64,000 nt of DNA from Paraspadella gotoi (taxonomy: Eukaryota > Animalia > Chaetognatha). The notes under the pieces are model-generated. The model was not told the origin of the DNA and did not search any database. It was given only the letters and a program-made list of their open reading frames with translations. The position numbers were made by a program, and so were the translations under genes. The DNA lies in the NCBI GenBank assembly GCA_051294375.1, contig CM119269.1:4193401-4257400 (forward strand), given 5' to 3'. Position 1 is the first letter of the stretch. Each line of letters starts with the position of its first letter. Below, one piece after another: positions 46,711 through 61,382 of the stretch.

Positions 46711-46910
46711 CTCTCCCTCTCTCTCTCCTCTCCTCTCTCTCTCTCTCTCTCATATCGGTGTTCTTTTGTGTTTTAGTCGCGGAGCGATTCATTCGAGGCG
46801 GAGCGCCAAAACGTCTTTCTCCTTATTTACAACGGTTAAGTCATTGGGCGAACTGACAAGGATACGGCTTTCTTTTCTTCTCTCTCTCTCTCTCATCTCA
46901 CTCCTCTCTC

Positions 46911-46944
<34 letters not shown>

Positions 46945-47834
46945 GCTTTCCCTCCTTTCCTTCCTTTCTCCTCCTTTCTTCCTCCTANNNNNNNNNNNNN
47001 NNNNNNNNNNNNGCGTAAAAATGAAGAACGTAAAAAAGAAAAAGAGAAATAGAGTCGAACGGGAAATCCCGTTTATGGTGCAAAGTGATAATAAAGGAGT
47101 TTTATGGGCGGACGGAATGAGGCGCGACAAGACCGTAGGAATCCGCGGGACAATGTCACAACAATCGCTTACAGTTATGCGGCTGATTCGACACTTGCTT
47201 TCGACGAGAGTGGTCGGAGAGTGGTCGGAGAGTGGTCGGAGTTGTATCTCATGTGTGACTCGATGTGGTGGCTTCGATGAATAAATAAATTACATTTATT
47301 GTCACAGAATCAGTGTCAGAATGTCAGTGTCAGAGCTAAAAAAAAAGAGGAAAAAACCTCCGTGTTTTTTTTTTATATTCTTCACTAAGTGTCGGGAAGA
47401 AAAAGAATTTCTCGAAAGGTCAACGATGAAGCCCCAACGACTGCAATTCCGACATTAATTGGCGCTAAATCGACGATCGAGCTCCGCCTCCGCCGCCTTG
47501 ACCGCCCCCCCCAACCGCCGCCATCTTGTTTCCTTCACTCCTTTCACCCGAGCCACACCCGCCGTCTCATTAGCCTCGATTCCGAGATGGGAGAAGTAAG
47601 GGGAAGAGGAGCTTGTGAAAAAAAAATCATTACTCACCCAAGCAAGCTAGCAAGCTCACCAGCAAGCAACCTTTTCTTTATTTCCCTCTTTTCCTTCTGC
47701 TTCCTCCTTCTCTTTTCTTTCCATGTCCTCAGCCTCCCAACCGAGAGGAGCCTTTCAGTTCTCGAGTTTTTGTTTATCGGTTATTGTTTGTTTACTGCTT
47801 CGTTGCCAGGTTACGACGCGGCGACGTCGCTCTT

Positions 47835-47890
<56 letters not shown>

Positions 47891-48780
47891 CTCGAGGTTG
47901 AGCTCGAAATGAGCCCCGTAATTTAATTTTCACGGGTGGCGCCGTGGCAGAGAGCGCCCGACGCAAAGACGACTCTTTCCCTTTGCCTAATGAGCGCCAC
48001 CCATCGTATTTAGGCCAATATTAGCAATGAGCGCCACGCAAATACGCGTCAATTCTCGTCAATATTTTATCGCCACGGCAAATCACGCGCAAAAAAATTT
48101 CCGTTCCGCATTGAATTCTTTTCGGCCTTAAAATTACGGAGTTTTTGAATATATCAGCATTTTTTTTTTCTTGTTGTTTGTGTCGCGGATAAATTTATCC
48201 AGCAGCGCGTCTGCCGCGTCTGCCGCGTCTGGCGCGTCCGCCGCGTCTGCTACGTCCCCTGATTTCAATTATTCATGGCGTTTTTAATCCCGCTTTCGAC
48301 CACTTTCGACTGTTCTTCTGTTTACTTTTTTTTTATTCCGCCAGAGCCATTCTCTTTCTCGTTTTATCGTATAATTGCCATTTTTCGTTCTCGTTGTCGT
48401 CGTCGTTGGCAGCGTCGGGTGGCGTCGTCGTCGTCGTGGTTGTCGTCGTCGTCGACGTCGTCCTCTCTGGCAGATGACGAAGAGATACAAAGATTGAATT
48501 ATTTTCCGTTCGACAGACGACAGACGAGGTAGGGAGTACAGGGCGGTCAAAACTTCTTTTCAATACGAAGAGTCAAGGTTAAGAGAAAGCCCTCTTCATT
48601 TCTTGCCCGCGCGCGCCCTTAAAGGGAGAGGGAGAGAGAGAAGAGAGAGAGAGGTCGGGAAGGGAATTGGGAAGGAAAGTTTTTTTTTTTCGAATTATGG
48701 ACTGGATTATTTGAAGGCAGTTAGAAAGGGAGAGAGGACAACAATGACGAGAGAGTTCCATGATTAATGTAAGAAGGAAG

Positions 48781-48835
<55 letters not shown>

Positions 48836-49729
48836 AGGAGGAGGGAGGAGAGGGAGAGGAGGAGGAGAGAGAGAGAGAAAGAAGAGAGAGAGAGGCGTAT
48901 TCTTATCTTCATTGTCATTGCATGCAGTTTCCCATCCCTCCCCTTCCAATTCGATATAAGTTTGCAAATGTCTTTTTTCATCCTTGCCCTCTTCCTCCTC
49001 CAGTCCTCCTGTTTCAAGACACGCACTCTGGCTTCTTTGTTCACGTTTTTAACCCCTATTTTTTCCCTTTTTTTATTTTTCTTTTTTTTTTTTTTTCGAG
49101 CTGAGAAGGCGTTTTCATTATCTCAGATCGCGAACAGAAGACATGATCGACATCGACAGGACGTTACGCACAAAAAGGCAGAAAAGACTGACGGATAATA
49201 TTAAAGCGTTTTTAAAAATTAACTTGATATAAATCGAGTATTTCTTAATTCTTTTCCTTTTCATTCCATTTTATTATTCATATTTTTATTTATTCATTGG
49301 GATCGGGCAATTCAAAGAAGAATAACGAAATAACATCCAATTTCGTTTGTTAAATTAATTTACCAAGCGGCAACCGATTTATATTTTCATTTGATTTCGT
49401 TTCCGCAAAGTTGCCCTTCTGCGTTTCTCTCTCTCTCTATCTCGTCTCGGCTCCACCTCTCTCCCGTCCTCTCTCTCCCTCACTCTCTCTCCTCTCTCTC
49501 TCTCTCTTTCTTAATCCCGCTCCCTCTCGCATTCTCAAATGCTCCCTCTCCTCGGCAAGCAATTTTAAAAAAAAAGCTTTAAGACCTCTATGCTCGACTG
49601 GAAAAAGGATCATTAGAAAGGCCGTGTCAATAATCTTTTTCTTTCTCATTTCTTTCTTTTCTTGCTCTCTCTCATCCACTCGCCTTCCTCCTCTCCTACC
49701 GCTCTCTCTCTCTCGACGTCGATCGGTCT

Positions 49730-49760
<31 letters not shown>

Positions 49761-50087
49761 GTCTCTCTCTCTCCTCTCTCCCTCTCTCTCTCGTCGGTTG
49801 CGTCGTGAGCGTGAGTCGAATCGAAAAGAAGAAAACGAGCAGACAGTGTCCTCATTTCAAACGCACCGACCCGCCGCAACCGGCCGTACCCAGCCGCACC
49901 GCCACACCGACAATCAAACGAGGTTCAGGTCAACTCGGATCCGTATNNNNNNNNNNNNNNNNNNNNNNNNNAGAGAGAGAGAGAGAGAGAGAGAGAGATA
50001 TTAACAAAAGAATCAACCGATAAAACAAGAGACGAACTCCGGCGACCATCGAGTCGGATATTCTCTCATCGTTCGATGTTGGGTAAC

Positions 50088-50132
50088 GCGATACTGCGAT
50101 ACTGCGATACTCCGATACTGCGATACTGCGAT
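50088..50132 (+). repeat. (GCGATACT)n octamer tandem repeat
   Basis: About 5 copies read directly. Confidence 0.85.
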
Positions 50133-51381
50133 AATAGATAAAACATATACCGAAGACTTAGAAAGCGGATGTAGAGTGTATTGAATGGCTATAAAAACCT
50201 CTCGCTCTCACTCTCTCGATACTGATGCCTCGTTGAAGGTAACGACGTTCCGCGCCAGTTCGCTCAGAAAAGTTCCAATAGAGAAGTTCCCATAGAGAAG
50301 GTCCCATAGAAAAGTTGCCAATGGAAACGTCGCGACACCGAGCTTTATCGAGCGAGAAAAAGGTAAGTGAAAATCCCAGGGTTACGACGCGGGAACTTAC
50401 CCGTGGAAGGAGCGGGGGGGGAGAAGGAGGAAGGAGGGAGAAAAATACAATCAAACGATCCGGTTGGCATAAAGAATGGGATCCAGGGTNNNNNNNNNNN
50501 NNNNNNNNNNNNNNNNNNNNNNNNNNNNNNNNNNNNNNNNNNNNNNNNNNNNNNNNNNNNNNNNNNNNNNNNNNNNNNNNNNNNNNNNNNNNNNNNNNNN
50601 NNNNNNNNNNNNNNNNNNNNNNNNNNNNNNNNNNNNNNNNNNNNNNNNNNNNNNNNNNNNNNNNNNNNNNNNNNNNNNNNNNNNNNNNNNNNNNNNNNNN
50701 NNNNNNNNNNNNNNNNNNNNNNGAGAGAGAGAGAGAATCACGCCATACCAACTGCTCCGAGTCAATGATTGTTCTAAAGCTAATGAATCCTAAAACAGAG
50801 AGAGAGAGCGAGAGAGATAAAAAAAANNNNNNNNNNNNNNNNNNNNNNNNNNNNNNNNNNNNNNNNNNNNNNNNNNNNNNNNNNNNNNNNNNNNNNNNNN
50901 NNNNNNNNNNNNNNNNNNNNNNNNNNNNNNNNNNNNNNNNNNNNNNNNNNNNNNNNNNNNNNNNNNNNNNNNNNNNNNNNNNNNNTTTTTTTTTATTCTC
51001 CGCCCAAGCGACCAGCGAACAAGTTCGACACCTAACGACGACGAGAAAAAGCTTCCGACTCACTTCACAACATCTAATCTTTTGTTTGTCAGACTCGATG
51101 TGGCATTTTCCCTCCTTTCAGCCAAGAGAAAAAATTTTTTTTTCTTTCGCTTTTATAAATTTTTTTCTTCTGTGCGGGGGCTTGGCGAGCGGAGTTGGTA
51201 AAAAGAAAAAAGGGAAAAAGAAAAAAGAAAAATTTCTAATCTTTTTTTCCCTTTTTTTTTCTTTTTTCCCCTTTTTTTGTCCGATTTTCTTTCCTCTTTT
51301 CAGCGACTTTGACTTTGCGTTAATGGACTTTGATTGGACGCCCAAGACTTTGCCATCGGGGATCTGAAATGAGGAGGATCT

Positions 51382-51418
<37 letters not shown>

Positions 51419-51615
51419 NNNNNNNNNNNNNNNNNNNNNNNNNNNNNNNNNNNNNNNNNNNNNNNNNNNNNNNNNNNNNNNNNNNNNNNNNNNNNNNNNN
51501 NNNNNNNNNNNNNNNNNNNNNNNNNNNNNNNNNNNNNNNNNNNNNNNNNNNNNNNNNNNNNNNNNNNNNNNNNNNNNNNNNNNNNNNNNNNNNNNNNNNN
51601 GGAGAGAGAGAGAGA

Positions 51616-52498
51616 GAGCTCCCATTTCCATTCCTCGCCTCATAGAAGCGCCATCTCCTGCGCGCAGCATTGATAAAGAGGCACAGGGCGCTCCTAAATC
51701 TCTCTCCGGCTTCCGGCCTCATTGCGCGTCGACCCAAGACGCTTTCCTCCTTCGGTCTCGTTAGGGGAGTTTTAGAAGGGAAAAGAGAGAGCGAGGTGAG
51801 TTGAGGTGAGTTTAGGTGAGGTGAGGTGAGGTGAAGCGATCTTTAGTGAGATGAGGTGAGATGAGGTGAGATGAGGTGAGATGAGGTGAGTGAGACCGGG
51901 TCATTTAAGTGATCTGAAGTTAGGTGACGCGAAACGCCACGTAAATTAATTGTGAATTTTAAGGTCACATCAGGAAAACTATTGTGAAAAAGATTCCAAG
52001 TGCGACGTTGAGAAAAAAAGATCTAAAGTGAGAAATGGCGTTGGAATTTGAATCACAGTTCACTGGATACCCAAGGTAAGTCGTGAGCGACAAGTGGAAA
52101 TCGAGGAGATGCGAGGTGAGTCGAGATCGCGGAGACTTCAAATCCGAATAGAAAATTCCCAAATGTCGTCATCGGCAGCGGAAGCGGTTGCAGCGGCGTC
52201 GGCAGCGGCGTCGGCAGCGGCGGATATTCGGAGGTCATCGCCATCTTTTCTTTCCTCCTTTTTTTCCTCCTTTTCTTTCGAACCCAACTTTTCCTCCCTT
52301 TCCTCCTTCTATCTCTTCCATTCTCCTTCTCGACGTTTATTCCCTTCAGTCGCTAAGGAGACGTTTTCTTCATCCCGTTGCTAGGGGCGTTGCTAGGGGC
52401 GTTGCCGGGGAGAGAGAGTGCGAGAATTCTCTACATGGCCGTCGCTAAGGTGATGGGCCGGCGAGGAAAAAAAAGGAGGCCGGTATTTTCGCGGCTTT

Positions 52499-52594
<96 letters not shown>

Positions 52595-53173
52595 TCGTTC
52601 TTTTTATTCTTCTTTCTCTCAAGCTTTTTCTTCCAGAATATATACGAAATAACTCAGCGTAGTCTCTCCAAAACATTCTAGTCTTTTCTCTCCTCTACCG
52701 GAAATGATTGACGCTCAATCGTCGGCGTTCTTCGGCGTCAAGCTCCATCGCGCATCCAAAGCGCGTCGCGTGCACGTGGCGTCGTAACGTGTACGTAACG
52801 CCCTCTTTTTTCGCACTCCTCCCCTTCGACGGAGTGCGCGATCGCGTGTCGCCGGAAACGATAACCGGGGAATAAAAACGGCGTCATTGGCGAAGGAAAC
52901 GTGGGGAAAAAAGGCGCCGGGAAACGAAAGGAGCGGCGTGGTGAGAGCTGGTGTCTGAGGGAGGTGGGTGGGGGATGTGGGAACGTAGACATGAAGACAA
53001 AAGACGCAAAAACGGTTTCCCATTTCGAATGCGGAAAACGTTTCTAGGAGAGTGGGCGACAAATAAAATAGGAGAGAGANNNNNNNNNNNNNNNNNNNNN
53101 NNNNGAGCAATTGCACCTTGAGATAAACCCGGTCGGACAGGAGGAGAGAGAGAGAGAGAGAAGAGAGAAAAGT

Positions 53174-53206
<33 letters not shown>

Positions 53207-53365
53207 CAGAGAGAGAGAGAGAGTTAGAGAGTTTGTATTTCAGAGTCACGGAATTTTCTTCCTCGTCTCTTCCTTTTTCTCGCATGTGAGACTAGACATT
53301 TTCGTGTGGTCAGTCTTCTCTCTCTCTCTTCTCTTCTCTCCTCTTCTCTGTCTCTCTTCCTCTCC

Positions 53366-53423
<58 letters not shown>

Positions 53424-53567
53424 CTCTCCTCTTTCCCTTAACACGCGGCTACTTCGTGTGAAAATTGTGCGACAAAAGCTCGTAGTTAATTTATTTACAG
53501 AAAGCATGAGAGAGAAGAGGAGAGAGAGAGAAGAGAGTACGAGAGAAAGAGAGAGATAGTTGAGAGA

Positions 53568-53602
<35 letters not shown>

Positions 53603-54008
53603 TGGCGAGAAGAGAGAGAGAGCTCCCACGCATTGTACCAGTTCCTCACTAATCCCTCATAAGAAGGCGCCATCTCCTGCGCGGCATATATATATATTCG
53701 TAACAGTGCGTTCCTATAACCCCCGCTCCGGCCTCATTCGCGGCTCGAGCCGCAAGGCACGCTTTTTCCTCCTTCGTCTGCGTGTAGCGTGAGTTTAAGA
53801 AGGGAAAAGAGAGAGCGAGGTGAGGTTCGAGTGAGTTTTAAATGGCTTGAGCGATGAGGGTGCAGGTGAAGCGATCTTAGTGAGATGATGAGATGATGTA
53901 GATGATGGTGTAGAAGATAGATGGCGAATGTGAACCGTGAACAATTATAATGATCGTGAAGTAGGGTGACGCGAGAAAATACGCCACGAAATTAATTAAG
54001 TGAATTTT
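51616..54008 (+). repeat. Direct duplication of ~350 bp (51616-51960 vs 53621-54008), second copy noisy; probable artefact
   Basis: Collinear shared words gcgccatctcctgcgcg, ccggcctcatt, gaagggaaaagagagagcgaggtgag, ggtgacgcga and gtgaatttt. Confidence 0.75.
51793..51892 (+). repeat. (GAGGT/GAGAT)n pentamer repeat
   Basis: Direct reading. Confidence 0.85.
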
Positions 54009-54013
54009 GGTGA

Positions 54014-54049
<36 letters not shown>

Positions 54050-54359
54050 CGACCTAGTCAAATGCTGCACACTTCGTTCTTCCGGAAATAGCACGAAAGA
54101 GAAATCCCCCAAGGAATACAAATGATTTGTAGAAATAGAGTCTTCGTTTTGTTTATTTATATTTTGGACGAAAAGGAATCGTTATCGATTTGAAATTGGG
54201 TTTTCGGATGGAACGAGGAATCATGGAATCGAGTTGATGAGAAGAAAAGAAGAATGAGTTGATTGAAGACGACGAGAATGCCGACGATAATGAAGGAAAA
54301 GATAAGGAAGGAAAGAATGAATAACTCTCTTCCTATGATTACTCTAAAGTGAGGTAAAG

Positions 54360-54446
<87 letters not shown>

Positions 54447-54820
54447 AAAAAAGAAAGAAAAAGAAAAAGAAAAGAAGAGAAAAAGAAGAATAAAATAAAT
54501 ATATCAATAATGTTGACATAAACGTAATCGACAAAGAAAGATCGAAAACTCTGAGGCGTGAAGGAGTCTCGAGAATCGATGGCGACTCAGCGGAAGCGAA
54601 ACTCGAGAATTCGATAAACGTCACTCGGTGAAAACTGGGAAGGAAGAAAGTGGAACGATGACAGGAGGGAGAGAGGGAGAGAGGGAGAGAGAGGGAGAGG
54701 GAGAGAGCGAGAGGAAGGGGAGAAGAAAGTGAAGCCAAAGCCGAGAGATGATTAAGGCTGAAAGGAGAGAAGCGGAGCAAGGCTGAGGTCATGCTTTCGG
54801 AGGAATCCATCGAATCTTAC

Positions 54821-54853
<33 letters not shown>

Positions 54854-55863
54854 TCAGCGACGATATGTAAGCAGCTGCAGTTGCAACGGTAGACAAGCGT
54901 AAAAACCGGAAGTCTGTCGCTCGAAGAACATGCACGAACCTTGTTTTTTCTTGTTTTGTTTTTGATATATATTTAGGTTTTCTTTCCTTTTTTTGCTGGC
55001 AAGCTTTTTTTTTCGATACTTTTTATGTTCGGCTGCTCTTTTTTTTTTTAGATCTTTTAAACTATTCCTGGCCTTTTACTTTTTTCTTATATAAAGAATG
55101 GTAAATAGAAAAGACGAATTTAAAAAAAGAAAAAAAGATAAATACGATAATAGAAAATGAAAAGGGAAAAAAAGTCGAGAAAAAAAAAACCAAAGAATAA
55201 ATAAAGGAGGAAAAAATTCGGCTCACGCTCGCTCCTCTGGCGGAGGAATGAGGAAACAAAAACCCGCAGATGCCGGGAAGAAAAAAAATTGGAAAAAAAC
55301 AAAAGATCCGAGGCANNNNNNNNNNNNNNNNNNNNNNNNNNNNNNNNNNNNNNNNNNNNNNNNNNNNNNNNNNNNNNNNNNNNNNNNNNNNNNNNNNNNN
55401 NNNNNNNNNNNNNNNNNNNNNNNNNNNNNNNNNNNNNNNNNNNNNNNNNNNNNNNNNNNNNNNNNNNNNNNNNNNNNNNNNNNNNNNNNNNNNNNNNNNN
55501 NNNNNNNNNNNNNNNNNNNNNNNNNNNNNNNNNNNNNNNNNNNNNNNNNNNNNNNNNNNNNNNNNNNNNNNNNNNNNNNNNNNNNNNNNNNNNNATTATC
55601 TTTTCTCCTCTCTAATTTTCTTTTTCCTTTTATTTTTTTAATTATGATCTTCTTCTTTTTCCCTTTAATTTAATTTTTTTTTAATTTCTTTTTCATTTTT
55701 TCTGATACATATATTAACTTCAGTCTTTGAGCAGTTTTCTTTTTTTAAATCTTTTTTATTTTTGTTTTTCTTTTTTTTTGTTTTGACGCGAATCAACAAA
55801 GAGGAAAAAAGGTCGAGTTAAAGAAGATTCACCTCGGGATTCTCTCATTAACGCTCGATTAAT

Positions 55864-55911
<48 letters not shown>

Positions 55912-56655
55912 TCTCTGCCACTCGATGTCACGAGTCAGCCCCACTTCTCCTTCCCCGCTTCTCGGTCGTAAACCCCGACGCGAATCTCCCTTTCCTCCGG
56001 CTTCCTCCTCTTCCTCATTTCCCCCTCCTCCTTCTCTTCCTCCTCATCTTCATCGTCGTCTGACTATTCCTCATAACAATCATGACAAATGTTAGAGTCG
56101 AGGGAGCGGGGAGCCTGGCAGTGGCGAGGACAATGGAGGGAGAGAGAGAGAGAGAGATTAGAAAAAGGAGGGAAAGACAAATCAACATAAATTCAGTCGC
56201 GGATACCGGTGAGCGAAAAAGAAAGAAAAAAGNNNNNNNNNNNNNNNNNNNNNNNNNNNNNNNNNNNNNNNNNNNNNNNNNNNNNNNNNNNNNNNNNNNN
56301 NNNNNNNNNNNNNNNNNNNNNNNNNNNNNNNNNNNNNNNNNNNNNNNNNNNNNNNNNNNNNNNNNNNNNNNNNNNNNNNNNNNNNNNNNNNNNNNNNNNN
56401 NNNNNNNNNNNNNNNNNNNNNNNNNNNNNNNNNNNNNNNNNNNNNNNNNNNNNNNNNNNNNNNNNNNNNNNNNNNNNNNNNNNNNNNNNNNNNNNNNNGG
56501 GGGGGGAGCGGAGAGAGAAATTGGTCTCAGCTCTGAGTCATCCGATTCCGACTGAATGGAAAGAAAAATAAATATTTCTTTAATTTAATTTGTCGATAGT
56601 TGATATGAGTAAAAGCGATTTACTAATTGGTAGTTTCTGTATGTCTGTCTGTCTG

Positions 56656-56759
<104 letters not shown>

Positions 56760-57809
56760 TCACCCGAATTATCTAACCGAAAATTTGATCTCAAAAGTCA
56801 ATTCGTTTCGAATCAGCTTTCGCCGAGAGCAGATTTCGGTAGCAACCTTTTTGTCGTCGTTGTTGTTGTTGTCAATAAGGTGGCAGACGTCATCGTCGTC
56901 GTCGTCATTATCGTCGTCGTCGACGTGCGCCATTTTCTCTCCCCCCGTTTATTTTTTTTTCTTCTTCTCAAAATCGAAAGACGTCAAAATGTCATTAAAA
57001 ACACACGAAAGATTCTTTTCTCGGCTTTTATAAAATATATTCCTCTTCCTCCATTCCGCTCTTCCTTCTCCCTTCGACTTAACACCATTCCCTCCTCATT
57101 CCTTTTTTTTTTCACGGCCACAAAAACAATTTTGTGTGATTCTCTTTTTCGGTTTTTCTTTTTCTTCAAATTTTTAAAAGATTTTCGAAAAAAGAAAACC
57201 GCATTTAACGGCGATTTTCTTTCTTTTTTTTATTGGTGTTCGAAATAACGAGGGAATTTGGATTTTATCCGTGATTAACGACGACGGATTGAGTCGCTTT
57301 TTTAGGGATCGAAATTCCCGGATGTGATTAATTAGTGTGATAGGTTTTTCTTTTCCAATCGCCTAAGATAATTTATATCTCGATCACTCTTCACACGTGA
57401 TGCGTCGTCATCGTTAAGAGTGAAACTCACAAATAAAAAGTAAGAAAATTCATTCACTTATTCTTCGAAGGCAAAATGATAAAGAGGCGTCAGAACGAAG
57501 GACTTTTAGCAGATGGTTTGGGNNNNNNNNNNNNNNNNNNNNNNNNNNNNNNNNNNNNNNNNNNNNNNNNNNNNNNNNNNNNNNNNNNNNNNNNNNNNNN
57601 NNNNNNNNNNNNNNNNNNNNNNNNNNNNNNNNNNNNNNNNNNNNNNNNNNNNNNNNNNNNNNNNNNNNNNNNNNNNNNNNNNNNNNNNNNNNNNNNNNNN
57701 NNNNNNNNNNNNNNNNNNNNNNNNNNNNNNNNNNNNNNNNNNNNNNNNNNNNNNNNNNNNNNNNNNNNNNNNNNNNNNNNNNNNNNNATTATAAATCCTT
57801 GCAGTTTCG

Positions 57810-58045
57810 CCGTTGAGTTTGAACTCACCCGCCGTCCTTCTTTTCGCCCTTACCTTTTTCGCATCTTCTCCCCCTTTCCCCTTCTTATCCTTCTCGCTGT
57901 CGCTTCTCTCTTTACGCTTCACTCTCGCCCATTCCCATTGGCCATTCTAAAAGCTCTCGACGGCCTCCGATTGGCAGAATCTATCTTCTCTCCCGTCTCT
58001 AATTGGTCGATATTCCGCGTTCCTCGGCGCCTCATTGGTCCATTT
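57810..58045. promoter_or_regulatory. Candidate NF-Y promoter: four phased CCAAT boxes plus a CHR-like TTTGAA
   Basis: ATTGG at 57937, 57970, 58002 and 58034 (spacing 33, 32, 32); TTTGAA at 57818-57823. Confidence 0.45.
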
Positions 58046-58356
58046 AAGCGCGACGTCCCGATTTTCTCCTTCTACTCAATTTTTTTTTTTTTCGCGCTCA
58101 TTTAGTTTTTAGAAATTCCAAGGATTTTTTATGGAGGAAGTAAAGGGGAAAGAAATTGTCGGAAATTCGCGCGGAGTTGGCGAACGGTGAGGGTCGTTCG
58201 ATGGGACGGGACGACGGNNNNNNNNNNNNNNNNNNNNNNNNNNNNNNNNNNNNNNNNNNNNNNNNNNNNNNNNNNNNNNNNNNNNNNNNNNNNNNNNNNN
58301 NNNNNNNNNNNNNNNNNNNNNNNNNNNNNNNNNNNNNNNNNNNNNNNNNNNNNNNN

Positions 58357-58390
<34 letters not shown>

Positions 58391-58850
58391 ATTCATATAC
58401 CATTACTTATTACGTCGGATAAAAATGATTAAATTAGACTACTTCATATTCGTTCAGATGGCAAAACCAATAACGAGATCAGGATTGCGACTGACTCTGA
58501 CTTCGACTCAAACGTTCCTTTGCATCAAAATTTCAGGACGAAATGAAAAATACGGGGCCTGAATTCTTAAATGTCTAATTTTGTTTTCTTAGTAAATAGT
58601 ACGGCCGGGAAGTACTAACGTTAAAGGAAAAAGGAGGGAACACAAATTCAAATGGGTGCTTTAAGATAATATTTATTTATATGGTTTCCGTATTTGTGAA
58701 TTCAAACCCGAATCATTTTGTCTAAAAACAATTTTTTTTAAGGATAATTTGGATTTGCATTCCATTCTGTCTCGCTCTCTTTTCTTCGACGACAGAGCCT
58801 TTTATAACTAATTAATAGTTGAGAGAGAGAGAGAGAAAGAAATAAAAAAA

Positions 58851-58960
<110 letters not shown>

Positions 58961-59161
58961 AAGAAAATATGCCTCCCGGTTCCTCCCACTCAGCTCGTTC
59001 TCTCTAATTGACAATCCTTCCTTTTTTTTAATCGACGGTAGAAACAATTATTCTTTTTATTTTTTACTTATCTTTATTTTTTTGAAATTGATGGGTTCAA
59101 TCTTCAGTATAAAGAAAAAAATGAACCAAATTAATGTTTTTATCTTGTATTTTCCGTTCAA

Positions 59162-59267
<106 letters not shown>

Positions 59268-59792
59268 TAGAGAGAAATTTAAAAAAAAAATCGATTTTCA
59301 AGAATTCATTTGAATTTGTTACGAGTATTTGCGTCAGCGGCAGCGGCAGCAGCAGCTGCGGAATATTCCTGCCTTTCTGAGGCGACGAGGGCGATGAAGC
59401 AGGGGAATCCGGCCGGCCGCTGCGGCAGCCCAAGGCAGCTGCAGTATAATTCGACAGCAGCTGAGGTTCGTGTGTCCTGCGGCGGAGCAATATTGCCATA
59501 ACAAAACGGATAGGAAATGGGGATGATGGAGAGAAATCTCTCTCCTTTTTTTCTTTTATATTCTCTCCTTTCTTTTTCTGGTCTTCTTTTTACTTTCCTT
59601 TCTTTTTTCCTTTCTTTTTCTCTTCAACGCCTTTTTTTTCGTTTTTAGTGGGTTGCTATTTTCTAATACTGTTTTTGTCCAGACTTCGATTCACCTTAAA
59701 TACCGTAATCGTTATCCATTTAGGATTCAAACCAAACCGCCTTCTCTTCCTTCCTCCTTTTTCCTTTCCATGCCCTTAAAGCAGGAAAATAA

Positions 59793-59833
<41 letters not shown>

Positions 59834-59839
59834 CTCTCT

Positions 59840-59880
<41 letters not shown>

Positions 59881-60169
59881 CTCTAACCCAACATTATAGC
59901 GGCTGTTAATTTTTATTGNNNNNNNNNNNNNNNNNNNNNNNNNNNNNNNNNNNNNNNNNNNNNNNNNNNNNNNNNNNNNNNNNNNTTTTTTTTTTGAACG
60001 GGATCAGAAAAAGGGGCAAAGAAAGGTTTTAGTTTTGACATTTACTCCGAGTTTATTTCGGCTTTCAATCGCCGACGGTTTATCAACTTACGAATTAACA
60101 ACGAATCTCAGGGACTGACGTCGGCGAGTGAACCGACAAATAAAAGACTAACGGATTTCTAACTTGGGC

Positions 60170-60289
<120 letters not shown>

Positions 60290-60578
60290 CTCGTGTCTTG
60301 AGTTTAAAGTTCGAAACCGAATTAAAATTTCAAGTTGTTCATTAGAGTAAAGAAAACATGACAAAAAAAAATAAATAGAATTATAGAAGAAAGAAGATCG
60401 ATTTTTTTTCGGTTTTCATGCGAGAATTCAAATCGGTAAAACCGCGCGGAGAATGACAACGACGAAAAGAACGACGACGACGACGACAATGATTATTGTT
60501 CCACGATGATGATAATTAACTACGGCCAAGATCGGAATAACGAGAAGGAGATTTTGTGTGGAGAGAGAGAGAGAGGAG

Positions 60579-60616
<38 letters not shown>

Positions 60617-60659
60617 AGAGGAGAGAGAGAGCAAAAAAACTAAAGCCGAAAACAAGCCG

Positions 60660-60694
<35 letters not shown>

Positions 60695-60854
60695 GAGTGC
60701 AGCCTTTTAAAGAGTGATGGGGATCAGGTTGTAAATGAAAAGACCAGATTACATTGGACGAGCCTCCCAGCTGAAGCGAAAATACCAAATACATTCCAGA
60801 AGCTAAGATTCACAGTCAGCATTTTTTTCTCTTAACTTCGTCGTTGCTGTCTAT

Positions 60855-60924
60855 CAGTTTGCTGTCGTCCAACCAATTAGTTCGCTGTCGTCCAACCAAT
60901 CAGTTCGCTGTCGTCCAACCAATC
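60855..60924 (+). repeat. 3 x 23-bp tandem repeat, each unit ending in CCAAT
   Basis: cagttcgctgtcgtccaaccaat-like units at 60855, 60878 and 60901. Confidence 0.85.
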
Positions 60925-60982
60925 TGGCAAATTGGAAGGCGACGTCGAAGATTTCATCCTCGAATTCAGAATAACAGAGTCA

Positions 60983-61015
<33 letters not shown>

Positions 61016-61273
61016 TCTTGATGCGAGGACGCTTCGAGGGAAAAACGTGTCGCGCATTTGAGATGCCTCGTCGTGTCGCGCGAGTCTTAGGGCGGTATCG
61101 AGACGGGCCGACCCGCGAGGGTTCTGCCCCTTCCATGCCCCTCAGGCCCGTGCCGGAAGGGCTGCGGCTCTAAATCGCACCCCGCCGGGAGTCGACGTGG
61201 TGGACCCGACCCGACCCTCGATTGTTTCAAAGGGAAAAAAAATCGATTGATTAAAAAGACGAGAAGGAAATTT

Positions 61274-61382
<109 letters not shown>

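Noticed and set aside
60855-60924. CRISPR-like regular repeats
   Set aside because: Head-to-tail 23-bp units with no spacers, in a eukaryotic context.
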